Of a stretch of 64,000 bases of DNA, positions 50,140 through 62,239 are shown in pieces; position 1 is the first letter of the stretch, and each line of letters starts with the position of its first letter. The position numbers and the translations under genes are program-made. The stretch comes from Octopus sinensis (Eukaryota). The stretch is from positions 806,001-870,000 of the forward strand of contig NC_043016.1 in NCBI RefSeq assembly GCF_006345805.1, read 5' to 3'. The notes under the pieces were generated by a model. It made no database searches, was not told where the DNA came from, and saw nothing but the letters and a program-made list of their open reading frames with translations.

Positions 50140-51065
50140 TAATGTATTGTGAAAAATTGCAATTAGATCCACGCAACCTGTAGAAAAAGAGGTTGAGTGC
50201 AAGGACAGCGTCAAAAGACATCAATGATGTAGAAAGCTTGTGAACTGTCAATAAACGGGTGACACAAAACTGCATGATATTTGAAGAACGGTGACCCGAA
50301 TCTTGAAGACCAAGCATGGTCAGTGAGACTTTCTGTTGTAGAAGACAAGACCTAAACTTGAAACGGTTGAACAAGCGCAAGCACTCGCCGAACTTGGTCC
50401 TTCACAAAGTATCATCAATCGACACCTCCGTAAGCAAGGTCTTCTGTACAGACTCTATTGAGAAGCTCCTCATGAGCTGACCAATGACCAGGCTCAGCGA
50501 CGTATGAACATTTGCGGATAACCACTAGCAAATCCCCACAGTCCCTGCTTTTGGCGTCGAATTTTAACAGAGTCTTTAAACAGATATATTTTCGTAATCC
50601 TAGTAAAAGAAATTAATGGTTTCGTTCCAGCCAGGTTTCAGAATCATTTGTCTTGCAAAGGTTGCTTTGGCAGGAGGTTATATTGAGTGTTTGGTTGAAT
50701 GCTAACCTTTATACTCAACAACTGCAGCGAGTACATAAAACCCGCTACTTGCCATAGGTTAATCGAAGACGGGCAAGCTTACAGTATGACAATGTCCCAG
50801 CGCACTTGCTAATGTAACTAAGCGCAAACCTGAGGAACTTAAAGACCTAGAATTGCTGCCCTGCCCTGCCCTGCCTGCACTCCAGAACTTGCACCATCGG
50901 ATTACTACTTTTTTCGAGCTATATCTCATTGCCTGCAAAGACAGAGGTTCACCATCGTAGATAAGGATGAAGGGAAAGTTTTGTCACTAAACCAGCTATG
51001 GAATCGAGCTGCTGACACAATGATGTCAACAGAGAGTACCATATGATGGGATATATTTTGATGAA
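50140..51065 (+). mobile_element. mariner (DD34D-type) transposase pseudogene
   Basis: Frameshifted H(E)LT..QAQRR.NIC, NLYTQQLQRV, YDNVPAH, PELAPSDYYFFRAISHCLQ, WDIF.E. Confidence 0.8.
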
Positions 51066-51095
51066 TAAACGCTTCTCGCATGTAACTTTTCGAAG

Positions 51096-51318
51096 TCTTT
51101 TACTCTTTTACTTGTTTCAGTCATTATTTGACTGTGGCCATGCTGGAGCACCGCCTTTAGTCGAGTAAATCGACCCCACGACTTATTCTTTGTAAACCTA
51201 GTGCTAATTCTATACTTTCCCTTTTGCCGAACCGCCAAGTTGCGGGGACGTAAACACACCTCCATCGGTTGTCAAGCGATGTTGGGGGACAAACACAGAC
51301 ACACAAACATATACACAC

Positions 51319-51364
<46 letters not shown>

Positions 51365-51527
51365 GACGGGCTTCTTTCAGTTTCCGTCTACCAAATCCAC
51401 TCACAAAGCTTTGGTCGGCCCGAAACTATAGTAGAAGACACTTGCCTAAGGTGCCACGCAGTGGGACTGAACCCGGAACCATGTGGTTGGTAAGCAGGCT
51501 ACTTACCACATAGCCACTCCTACGCCT
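51096..51527 (-). mobile_element. SINE family 1, full length
   Basis: Head aggcgtaggagtggctatgtggtaag, central (TA)n. Confidence 0.9.
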
Positions 51528-52355
51528 ATTAATTAAAGCTTCAAAAATGAAAAACCTTTTGACTCAACCTAATATGTAATGCCTGCGATCGAGGGAAACA
51601 GGACAAGTAAAGGATTGATTAAAGCAAGGCGATCTATAAGTTATACCTGAAAATATATGTAAATCTTCATATTAAGACATACTGTCATAACAAATTTATC
51701 TATTTCTCCGTAGATTGAAAATTATGATGAACATCCTTAATCGGTTTCGAACCTTACTGGTGTCATTAGAGGTGTCAATATAACATGAGGAATCCCAGAG
51801 AAATAAGCCGTCAGTCTATTCAATAAATCCAGTTGCATCAAAGTATAGGAGCTGCTCAACTTGCATAAGATAAGTGCTTAAAATTTTATTTCAATCGGTG
51901 GCCAGCCAACAGGGATCTCATTTCACACATTATCAAGGAATGATATAATATATGTAAGCCTACCTATAGTAGACATAGGAATATGGCAAATTTAACTAGT
52001 TGTCCGTGAGCAAATTTCGTGATTTCGCTTGTAATTTTTTTATTCTATCCAGACGGATAATAAAATAGAAAATGAAATATATAAAAACAGAATATAATAA
52101 TAAAAAAAAACAGAAATGATATAGAACTAACAATATATCAAGACTAGAAATCACAGAGGATAATATAGGAGTACAAACATAAAAAATATACATAGATCAA
52201 TACATCGATTATAAATCGAAGTCCTTTCATATGCTCTCGTCTTCCAAAGAGTGTGATAGTATTAAGTCACATTTTCTCTCATATTTTCTGATATATTTTT
52301 GTAATTTTTGATATTTTCGAGCTGTCTCTTGGTGGAAAAACAACTCACATCTATG

Positions 52356-52401
<46 letters not shown>

Positions 52402-52453
52402 AACACACACACACACACAGATACACATACATGCACACACATATACACATAAC

Positions 52454-52487
<34 letters not shown>

Positions 52488-52659
52488 CATTGATATGAGT
52501 GTGTGCGTGTGCATATATATATATGGAATATGTAGTATGCATGTATGCAATCACTTACGCATATATACATTCATAATATACTTTTACAAACATATATACA
52601 CGCATATATATACACATATACACATGTGCACATATGTATACATATGTATAAATATATTG

Positions 52660-52714
<55 letters not shown>

Positions 52715-52804
52715 GCACACATGTACGTATTCCTACATACATATATTAATGCGCACATATATGCTTCTATAATATATACCTATGTATACATATATATATA
52801 TATA

Positions 52805-52863
<59 letters not shown>

Positions 52864-53131
52864 CATACCTGCATATGTACATAATATATACATATATATA
52901 TATATATATATTAAGATTTAGCAGTAGTAGCAAAGCGACTCAAAATCTGAGAGTTCGGCATTGTTACGAAACTCTATCTTGTATCACATCATATTTTGAG
53001 TTCTATTTTTTCTTTTTGCACCAACTTACCTGTATATATATATATACAAGCATTATACATACACACTATATATACGTACATTAAATATATATGCTTATAT
53101 ATGCACCACACACAAAGAGCATATATATATA

Positions 53132-53338
53132 TTCTTTTACTTGCTTCAGTTATCTGACTGGGCCCATGCTGGAGCAGCGCCTTTACTGGAAGTAATCGAC
53201 CCAGGACTTATTCTAAGCCTAGTACCTATTCTAGTGGTGTCTTTTGCCTAACAGCTAAGTTACGCGAGCGTAAACATACCAACATTGACTGTCAAGCGAT
53301 GATGGGTGGACAAACTCACACACGCATACAAACACAAA

Positions 53339-53382
<44 letters not shown>

Positions 53383-53530
53383 CATAGTTTTCGTCTACGA
53401 ATGTGCTCCCCACAAAACATTGATCGGCTAGTAGGATCTATAGACACTACTTACCCAAACTACCATACTATAGGACTGAAATAGGAACCAAGTCATTGGA
53501 AAGTAAGCCTTTTATCCAGACACCCACACT
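53132..53530 (-). mobile_element. SINE family 1, degenerate
   Basis: Tail and core recognisable, head eroded. Confidence 0.65.
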
Positions 53531-53690
53531 CGCATACAGGCAGACACACACACACACACACATTCACTTGCACAAATAGACCCACACTAGCAAGTAGAAT
53601 AAAATGTGGTGCCGCCGATACTATTTGGTGTAACTATGATGAGTTAGCTTTTTTTTATCAGCATTCATTTGTCAATATACAAGTTTATTA

Positions 53691-54088
53691 AGGCGGCGAG
53701 TTGGCAGAAACGTTAGTACGCCGGGCGAAATGTTTAGTGGTATTTCGTCTGCCGTTATGTTATGAGCTCAAATTCCGCCAAGGTCGACTTTGACTTTCAT
53801 CCTTTCGGGGTCGATTAAATAAGTACTAGTTACGCACTGGGGTGGATATAATCGACTTAATCCGTTTGTCTGTCCTTGTTTTTTTTCTGTGTTTAGCCCC
53901 TTGTGGGTAGTAAAGAAATAGGTATTTCGTCTGCCGCTACGTTCTTAGTTCAAATTCCGCCGAAGCCGACTTCGCCTTTAATCCTTTCGGACTTGATAAA
54001 TTAAGTACCAGTTGTGAACTGATGTCGATTGAATCGACTGGGCACTCTCACCAAAAATTCGGGCCTTGTGCCTAGAGTAGAAAAGAAT
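53691..54088 (+). mobile_element. SINE family 2 (53691-53921) fused to a 5'-truncated family 2b copy (53922-54088)
   Basis: aggcggcgagttggcagaaacg head; junction gaaataggtatttcgtctgcc. Confidence 0.85.
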
Positions 54089-54985
54089 ATACAAGTTTAT
54101 TTTATAAAAGTGAACGTATTTGCTAATGCAAGCATGAACACATTCCTTGTGTACTCAAATTAATACAATACGAAGAGGGTTGCGAAACGGCCGTAATCCT
54201 ATGGAAGTCACGTGGTTAAATAAATATATATTCACTACTCATACCTCCTGATTTTATTGTTCAATGCACACACACAGACACACACACACATGCACGCACA
54301 CTCACACACACGCACGCACGCACGTACACACATACACACACATATTCATATATACTTACAAACACAATCATACACACATTTATATGTATATATATATATA
54401 TATATATATCTGTATGTGTGTTTATGTACGTGGAACCTCACACCGTGGTAAACTGCCAAAAATCGTGATTAAAAAGACGTTAGCATAACAGTATCCAAAC
54501 CTAACTGCTACTTCGTTTGGGGCTTAAAGCTTGACAAGAAATCGATAGATAGGTTTTCGTCATATAAGAGGGAAAAATCGATATAATCGATACACAGGTA
54601 AGACAAGACAATCTGCAACTAGCAAGGAGAGCATGAAACCTAATGTCTCTCTCTGCCTGTGAGGCTGTTTGCCTCCAGGTATATTTATTACAATATGTTC
54701 GTATATAATGTATGTATATGTATATATGTATGTATGTACGAATGAATAAGCATTTGTATGCATGAACGGATGTATTTTCGAATATGGGTTTGTATATATA
54801 TGTATGTATTTTTATATGTATATGCGTGTGCGTGTGTGTGTGTATTAATGTGTGTTTGTATGTAGACATATGTATGTATGCGTGTGCTTATGTGTGTATG
54901 TGTATGCAAGTGTATTTATGTATGTATATATGTATGAATATACGTGTGTATGTAAAATATATATGTATATATGCTTGTAATTATG

Positions 54986-55023
<38 letters not shown>

Positions 55024-55712
55024 TGTGTGTGTGTGTGGATGTGTGCGTGTGTAGTGTATATCTGTATGTGTATGAATATGCCAATGTATGCCTGTTTATA
55101 GGTATGTTCATAACATTTTGTTATATTAATTATATCTATATATGTATCTCGCCCCTCTCTGTTTCTACACACATTCACACATACACTGACACATATATAC
55201 GTACATACATACGTGCGTATATACAGTAATAGTTCACTTGTGGTTGCTTTCGTCTCCTTCATTCTAACACTCACCCTACAAACACCTAAGAAACAATCGA
55301 AAAAATATTTCCACCCGGTTCAATCTAATAATCCAGTTTCGTCTCTTAATTTGATTCATTGGACTGCGGCTATTGTGTAGCTCTACCTTAAAGTGTTTAA
55401 TTAAACCAATTGACTACAATACTTATATGTTTTTTTAACGTTTGATACTTATTCAATCGCTCTCTTTAAGCAAACCGCTAAATTATGGGGATATAAAAAA
55501 AAGTTCTCAGTAAAGAAATTAAACATCTAGAATATAGCAATAAATAATAAATGGATTTTATTATTTTTAAATCTTACACTGCGTTATCGAAATTCTTAGA
55601 GCCTTTCTGCATTTTTCACTCTTTTCATTTCTTGTTTTTATCCCTGATTGTTCATTTCTTTGCTGAAATATCCACTGTACGTATTGAGGGCTTCGTATGA
55701 TGAATAGCACAA

Positions 55713-55795
<83 letters not shown>

Positions 55796-55796
55796 T

Positions 55797-56068
55797 GTGG
55801 AGTCGCAATGGCCCAGTGGCTAGGGCAGCGGACTCGCAGTTGTAGGATCGCGGTTTCGATTCCCAGACCGGGTATTGTGAGTGTTTATTGAGCGAAAACA
55901 CCTAAAGTTTCACGAGGGTCCAGCAGGGTGGTGGTTGCGAAATCTGCTGTACTGCTTTCGCCACAACTTTCTCTCACTCCTTCTTCTGTTAGCCAGCGGG
56001 GTGGCGTCATTTGAAGGCTAAAACAATGCGAAACACATTGTGACCAGCGATGTGTAGCAACATCTGAT
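55797..56068 (+). mobile_element. SINE family 3
   Basis: gtggagtcgcaatggcccagtggctagggcagcggactcgc...gtttcgattccc head. Confidence 0.88.
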
Positions 56069-56094
56069 ATATACATATATATATATATATATAT

Positions 56095-56381
56095 ATCACC
56101 GTGACCGACTAGGCTATCGGATGTTCCTACACATCGCTGGTCACATTTTAGCCTTCAAATGACGCCACCCCGCTGGCTAAGCGAGCAGACCAACAGAAGA
56201 AGGAGTGAGAGAAAGTTGTGGCGAAAGCGTACAGCAGGGATCGCTACCACCACCCTGCCGGACCTCGTGAACTTTAGGTGCTTTCGCTGAATAAACACTC
56301 ACACCACCCAGTCTGGTAATCGAAACCGGGATCCTACATCTGCGAGTCCGCTGCCCTAACCACTGGGCCATTGCGCCTCCA
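56095..56381 (-). mobile_element. SINE family 3, tail-to-tail with the previous copy
   Basis: Reverse complement homologous to 55797-56068 and 34462-34752; a further 3' fragment lies at 56585-56685. Confidence 0.88.
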
Positions 56382-56455
56382 GATATATATATATATTATA
56401 TATATATAATATATATATATATATATTATATATATTATATATATATTATATATAT

Positions 56456-56489
<34 letters not shown>

Positions 56490-56519
56490 ATATATTATAT
56501 ATAATATATAATATATAAG

Positions 56520-56551
<32 letters not shown>

Positions 56552-56553
56552 TA

Positions 56554-56585
<32 letters not shown>

Positions 56586-56719
56586 CCAGCAGGTGTGGCG
56601 TCATTTGAAGGTTTAAAACAATGCGAAACGCATTGTGACTAGCGTTGTGTAGGAATCTGAGGCCTAGTAGTTGGTCACGTGTGATATTACATATGTATAT
56701 ATATATACATAATGGGAAA

Positions 56720-57800
56720 AATGTTATCTATGGAGAAAAGTGCTTAATAACTAATTGGAATTATGTAACTTTTGTTTAAAGAAAACAATTATTAAAATCT
56801 TTATTGTGTAGGAGATTCTAAAAAACGTTTTATTGTCTTGATGAAAATATGATTTTCAAGTATCTTTTCAAATAAATGATATCTTTAATTCATTGTGAGA
56901 TTATATTTTCTAAAATTTTACACTGTTTAGTAGGAATTATTAGACTCATTGCCCTCCCTCTCTCCCTATCTATCGATCTATCTATCTATCAAGCTAGCAA
57001 GCTATCTCTTTTTCTCTCTCTCTTTCTCTCTCTCCATTTCTCTCTGTCTATCTCTCTTCTTCTCTCTCTTTTCCTTTCTTCATTTCTTATTGCTACATTC
57101 AATTTCTTTACTGAAACCTCTAGCGTTCGTGTTATCGTAGTTCATATGAAGAACGGGGGATGAAAAAAAAGAATCTCTGTGGAATTATAGTTGTGTGTTT
57201 ATATAGGTCTCAATACTAGAATGTACAAATATATACCGACGGAAAAGAAATATTATCTATATTATAACGAAGAAAGTCGCTTATTAATTAGTTGGACTTA
57301 TGAAACTTTTACTTTAAAAAAAAGTAATTATAAGAGTCTCCATTGTGTAGGATATTCTTAAAAATTCCAATCTTAATATTTCTTATCAAAATGCGGTTTT
57401 TATATTTCTTTTCAGCTAAACGATTAATTTTAATTCACTGTGAGATACCGTTTTTTAAAATGCGGTATAGCCTTCTTAATGCCTTCCTGTCTCCTCTCTC
57501 TCTCTCTTCATTTCTTAATTGTTTCTATGTTACCGATAGTTAATTTCTTTGCTGAAACATCCACTAACAGTGTTATCTTAGTTCATATGATGAACGAAAA
57601 TAAACAATTATCACCTCCCATCTATACTTGCGTGTTTATATAGGTTATTAATACTAAAATGTGTAAATATATCTAGCGATAAACAAGTGTTATCTGTACT
57701 AAAATAAAGAAAGCTGCTTGCTCTTTAGTTGGAATTATACAACTTTTACTAAAAGAAAGCAGTTATTAACGTCTCGATAGTGCAGAAAATTCTTTAAAAT
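56720..57800. repeat. Old diverged tandem repeat, about 2.3 units of ~440-530 bp
   Basis: Recurring blocks gttatct..ttagttggaattat..aactttt near 56735, 57255 and 57690; ttaattcattgtgagat near 56885 and 57430; tttctttactgaaac..gttatc.tagttcatatga near 57100 and 57545. Confidence 0.65.
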
Positions 57801-58026
57801 ATGAAGTTTTATACACAGGAAAAGAAACAACTTATACAACTAAACGTGTTAGAATATTGCGTAATACAGATTATAGATACACTGACTTAAAAAGACATCC
57901 TGAAACGATGAAAAGCAAGGTCGACTTCGCTATATTAACTCAGAAGACAGAGCGGGAAGAAATGTTTAGCAGCATTTTCTCTGCCGAGGTAAGGATTCAG
58001 CTAGCTCGCTGCCATTTTTAATAATA

Positions 58027-58090
<64 letters not shown>

Positions 58091-58139
58091 CCTTTCTATT
58101 AAAGGCACAAGAACCTGAAATTTTGTGACAAGAAAAGAG

Positions 58140-58420
58140 AGGTAAGTTAGCATGGATAGACTAATTACTTGCTTACCGCTACTATGTGAAACTATTAACT
58201 GGTCTTATAGCAGATGAAATATTTAATATTCTGAAAAAGGAGAATTTATTGCCAACATGAACAAAAAGGATGTTGGAAGAAATCAAGTGGAACTGCTGAT
58301 CTACTCATATAGATGGAGGAATATTAAACGAGGAACGAGTAAGAAAGAAGAATTTAAATGTTACATGAATATACATTGAATCCAAGTATGGATTTTGATA
58401 GGAAGTCACACTGATGGTTT
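58140..58420 (+). mobile_element. R4/Dong-like LINE RT fragment
   Basis: YRLITCLPL..KLLTGLIADEIFNILKKENLLP..EQKGCWKKSSGTADLL, shortly downstream of (AAT)n at 58020-58090. Confidence 0.7.
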
Positions 58421-58709
58421 TGATTTTGCTTGGGATTTGACAAATATGTTTGTTGATTGCAGGACATAATTCTTTTATGGTTCTCTTTCTTCAGCACAAA
58501 TTGCTTAGATGCATTATGATACATTTTACACCACTCAGATCTATCTAAAGCAATAATTTTCCCAAGATGTCAGATTAAGCTTTAGGGATTTTAATGATTG
58601 TTTCAAATTACCCTTATACCTAAGGATGGGGCTGCCTTTATCACGGAATCCCTCTACTTGTTAGCCATAGAATCTCTGAAATGCAATCATCGTGCATTCA
58701 AACTTCTCA

Positions 58710-58764
58710 AAATAATAATAATAATAATAATAATAATTTAATAATAATAATAATAATAATAATA

Positions 58765-58858
<94 letters not shown>

Positions 58859-58890
58859 TAATAATAATAATAATGATAATAATAATGATG

Positions 58891-58954
<64 letters not shown>
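58710..58954. repeat. (AAT)n/(GAT)n microsatellite
   Basis: Directly visible. Confidence 0.97.
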
Positions 58955-58955
<1 letters not shown>

Positions 58956-59509
58956 TGCCCTGATGCAGTACCAGGCAGTGGCTCTCATGGCTTCTGATCT
59001 TAATTGATTGGAAGTGTTATCATGTACGTTGTTTTGTCTTGGTATAAAAGATGGGCTACAGCAAATATTCTGCTCAATACCACAGATTTGCTTGTCAGTT
59101 GTTTGACCTTAACCAGTTGAGCATCTCCCTTAATGGCTGACGATATGTGCATCTCTGATCACGAGCAGAAGTAGTGGGGGAGCATCATAGCCATGTGTTG
59201 AGAGGGATTCTTTGGGGTTTGAATAATTCACCTCTGGAAACATGGGTGGTTTTCAACATCCTTAAACAACCCTTATTCAGGGACCATTTGAGCGGGATGG
59301 GCTACTCAAACTGAAGAAAATTCTAACTGGGCCCCACTTGCAAGGTCATGTGCTGTTTATCTTGATTAGAGATCACCATGTCGCGCACATATGGTTGTGA
59401 TGCATGTGCCTTGTGTACCCTTATCAGACGGGTAGTCATGATGGGTATACTGGGCTTCGTATATTTTACCCCAGTGTCACTTTGATAACATGCACTGCTC
59501 TCTCACTCA

Positions 59510-59511
<2 letters not shown>
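58955..59511 (+). mobile_element. Non-coding element C inserted in (AAT)n
   Basis: 557 bp, no long ORF, bounded by AAT repeats on both sides; 3' end homologous to 1319-1380 and 1916-1977. Confidence 0.7.
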
Positions 59512-59561
<50 letters not shown>

Positions 59562-59562
<1 letters not shown>

Positions 59563-60304
59563 TGCAGCACAAGCCCAAAGCCTCCCCACCAGAAATTACC
59601 AAAAACATGTAATGAAAAGAAATATTACAAGTAACTGCAGAATATGTGGAGATGGACAAGAAACAATAAATCATATTATCTCTAGCTGCCCAGTCCTGGC
59701 TAAGAAGGAATATATTCACAGACATGACAGAGTTGGAACCTACATACATTGGAAGCTATGCCAACATTATGGAATAACAACAGAAAAAAGATGGTATAGG
59801 CACACACCAGAAAGGTCACAGAAAACGAGAAAGCAACCATACTCTTGGATATGCCGATACTCACAGATAGAGAAATTAAGGCCAACAGACCAGATATAGT
59901 TGTCAGAGATCATGAAGAAAAAAATGCTTTCTAATTGATGTATCAATACCGGCAGATGACAACGTGTCTCTAAAAGAAATGGAGAAACTCTCAAAATACA
60001 AAGACCTGGAAATAGAGGTAACCAGAAGTGGAATCTAAAAACAGAAACAATTCCTATCATAGTAGGTGCATTAGGCATGATAAAAAAATATTCAGACAAA
60101 TACATAACAAAAACACCAGGACTTACAAACACATATAACATACAGAAAATTGCACAACTAGGCACTGCACACATCCTACGCAGAACACTTTCCATACAAT
60201 AACCATCAGAGCATCACAACAAATCACAGCACATATCCAGGCACACAGAGCTGCGCTCGGTAGTGAAGTGAAAGCACGCTATAAAAATAAACTACTGAAA
60301 TACT
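59562..60304 (+). mobile_element. 5'-truncated R4/Dong-like LINE family A: CCHC zinc knuckle + RLE + 3' UTR
   Basis: CRICGDGQETINHIISSCPVLAKKEYIHRHDRV; IKANRPDIVV..FLIDVSIPADDNVSLKEMEKLSKYKDLEIEV..IPIIVGALG..QKIAQLGTAHILRRTLS; AAT repeats on both flanks; few lesions. Confidence 0.9.
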
Positions 60305-60320
60305 AATAATAATAATAATA

Positions 60321-60364
<44 letters not shown>

Positions 60365-60430
60365 TAATAATAATAATAATAATAATAAGAAGAGAAGAAG
60401 AAGAAGAAGAAGAAGAAGAAGAAGAAGAAG

Positions 60431-60537
60431 ACGAGGGTTCTAGGAACTCGAAAGACTGCCAAAAATGTGTGAATACCTAAGGTACTGGTGGTAACCCGCT
60501 ACCCACAAAAAATAAGACCACACCTGAGCTTTGTTTC

Positions 60538-60538
<1 letters not shown>
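60431..60538 (+). mobile_element. R4/Dong-like LINE family B, extreme 3' end
   Basis: Aligns with the reverse complement of 2520-2630 (aagact..aaaa..gtg.ata.ctaaggta...ccacа-type blocks); followed by (AAT)n. Confidence 0.6.
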
Positions 60539-60631
<93 letters not shown>

Positions 60632-61117
60632 TAATTATGTAAGTTGATATACATTGAATATAAAAAGACGGTTCATTTCTACTTACTTTTTTGTGATTTC
60701 CTTCTGTTTGTTGTTAAACTGTTTCTCCGTGTCAAAACCACATCCAACCGGTGCACTCGTCCAGCAATCACACGGAACGGTTGAGAAAGGTAATCCCTAA
60801 ATCCCCGTGCCTTTACCTGTAACAGCAACAACAACAACGTCAATAACTGATTTATATTTTTTGTCCTTTATCTGTTGCAGTCATGCCTGGATACCGCCTC
60901 GAAATACTTTAGACTAACGATTTTGACCCAGAAACATTTTTAAGCCTGATACTCATAGCGAATCACTAAGTTATTCGTACGTAAACAAATTGGCACCGCT
61001 TTTCAAGATGTGGTTGGGGGATAAAAACAAACTCAAAAACACACACAGTTTATGTTACAGGGGATACCTATATCTTTACTATCCACAAGGGGCTACACAC
61101 AGAGGGGACAAACAAGC

Positions 61118-61467
61118 AGTATTTCGTCTGCTGCTACGTTATGAGTTCAAATTCCGCCGAGATCGGGAGTCGATTAAATAAGTACCAGTTACGCACTGAG
61201 GTCGATATAATTGACTTAATCCCTTTGTCTGTCCTTGTTTGTCCTCTCTGTGTTTAGCCCCTTGTGGGTAGTAAAGAAATAGGTATTTCGTCTGCCGCTA
61301 CGTTCTGAGTTCAAATTCCGCCGAGGTCGACTTTGCTTTTCATCCTTTCGGGGTCGATAAAATAAGTACCAGTCACTCACTGGGGTTCATATAATCGATA
61401 TAATCCGTTTGTCTGTCCTTGTTTGTCCTCTCTGTGTTTAGCCCCTTGTGGGCAGTAAAGAAATAGA
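61118..61467 (+). mobile_element. Two 5'-truncated SINE family 2 units in tandem
   Basis: Both start at gtatttcgtctgc; junction gaaataggtatttcgtctgcc at about 61276-61296. Confidence 0.8.
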
Positions 61468-62239
61468 TTAATGAATAAATCATCAACAAGTGAAATTTCT
61501 AATCAGAAATAGCAACCTTTTAGAAATTTAACATGAATGAGTGTTACACCTGCTAATCTAGACGGGATGAATAATGGAATAAGGTCGTAAATATTACTCA
61601 AGGTTATCGATATCCTAAAGAAATCATTAAGTCTAGTACTTACGCCAGCAAAGGCCAACAGTGGCAGAATATACATGAATACAGCAGACAGTAGACGCCA
61701 AGGATGACATTTGATTCTATCAAAACATGTTCGTATCCGCTGCCAACACTACTCTAAAAAATCATTTATTGTGTTAAATTACTTTAAATGCTTTGGTACT
61801 TGTTCATTCTTTTAAATAATTTTGGTAAGTGTGTTGCAGAAGAAAATGATCGAACTCATAGAATAATGACATTATTTAATGAAGATCCAGCAAGTTATAA
61901 TACAAGGTGTATTATTTAGGGCAGAACTACTCATCAGCTAAATTCTGTGCGAAATTTTGGAGTTGATGGAGGGGAAAGAAAGTCGGAAAAGTAAAAGAAG
62001 TAACAGAATCAAAGTATGATGAATCAAGAAGAGAGAAAAAGTTGGAGAGAAAGTGGTCCGTGAGTATCTAGCAAATCAACTCACAGGAATTTCCTCGCCC
62101 AGGTGTAGAGGCACATACATGAGGTGGAATCTTGTGATTCAAGACAGTCACATTTCTTCCTTATAAGGATACTTGCAGCGCTGTCGTTTCAAAAAAGGGC
62201 AGCTGTCTCAGTACCAACATGGATCCTCAAAGCAATATC

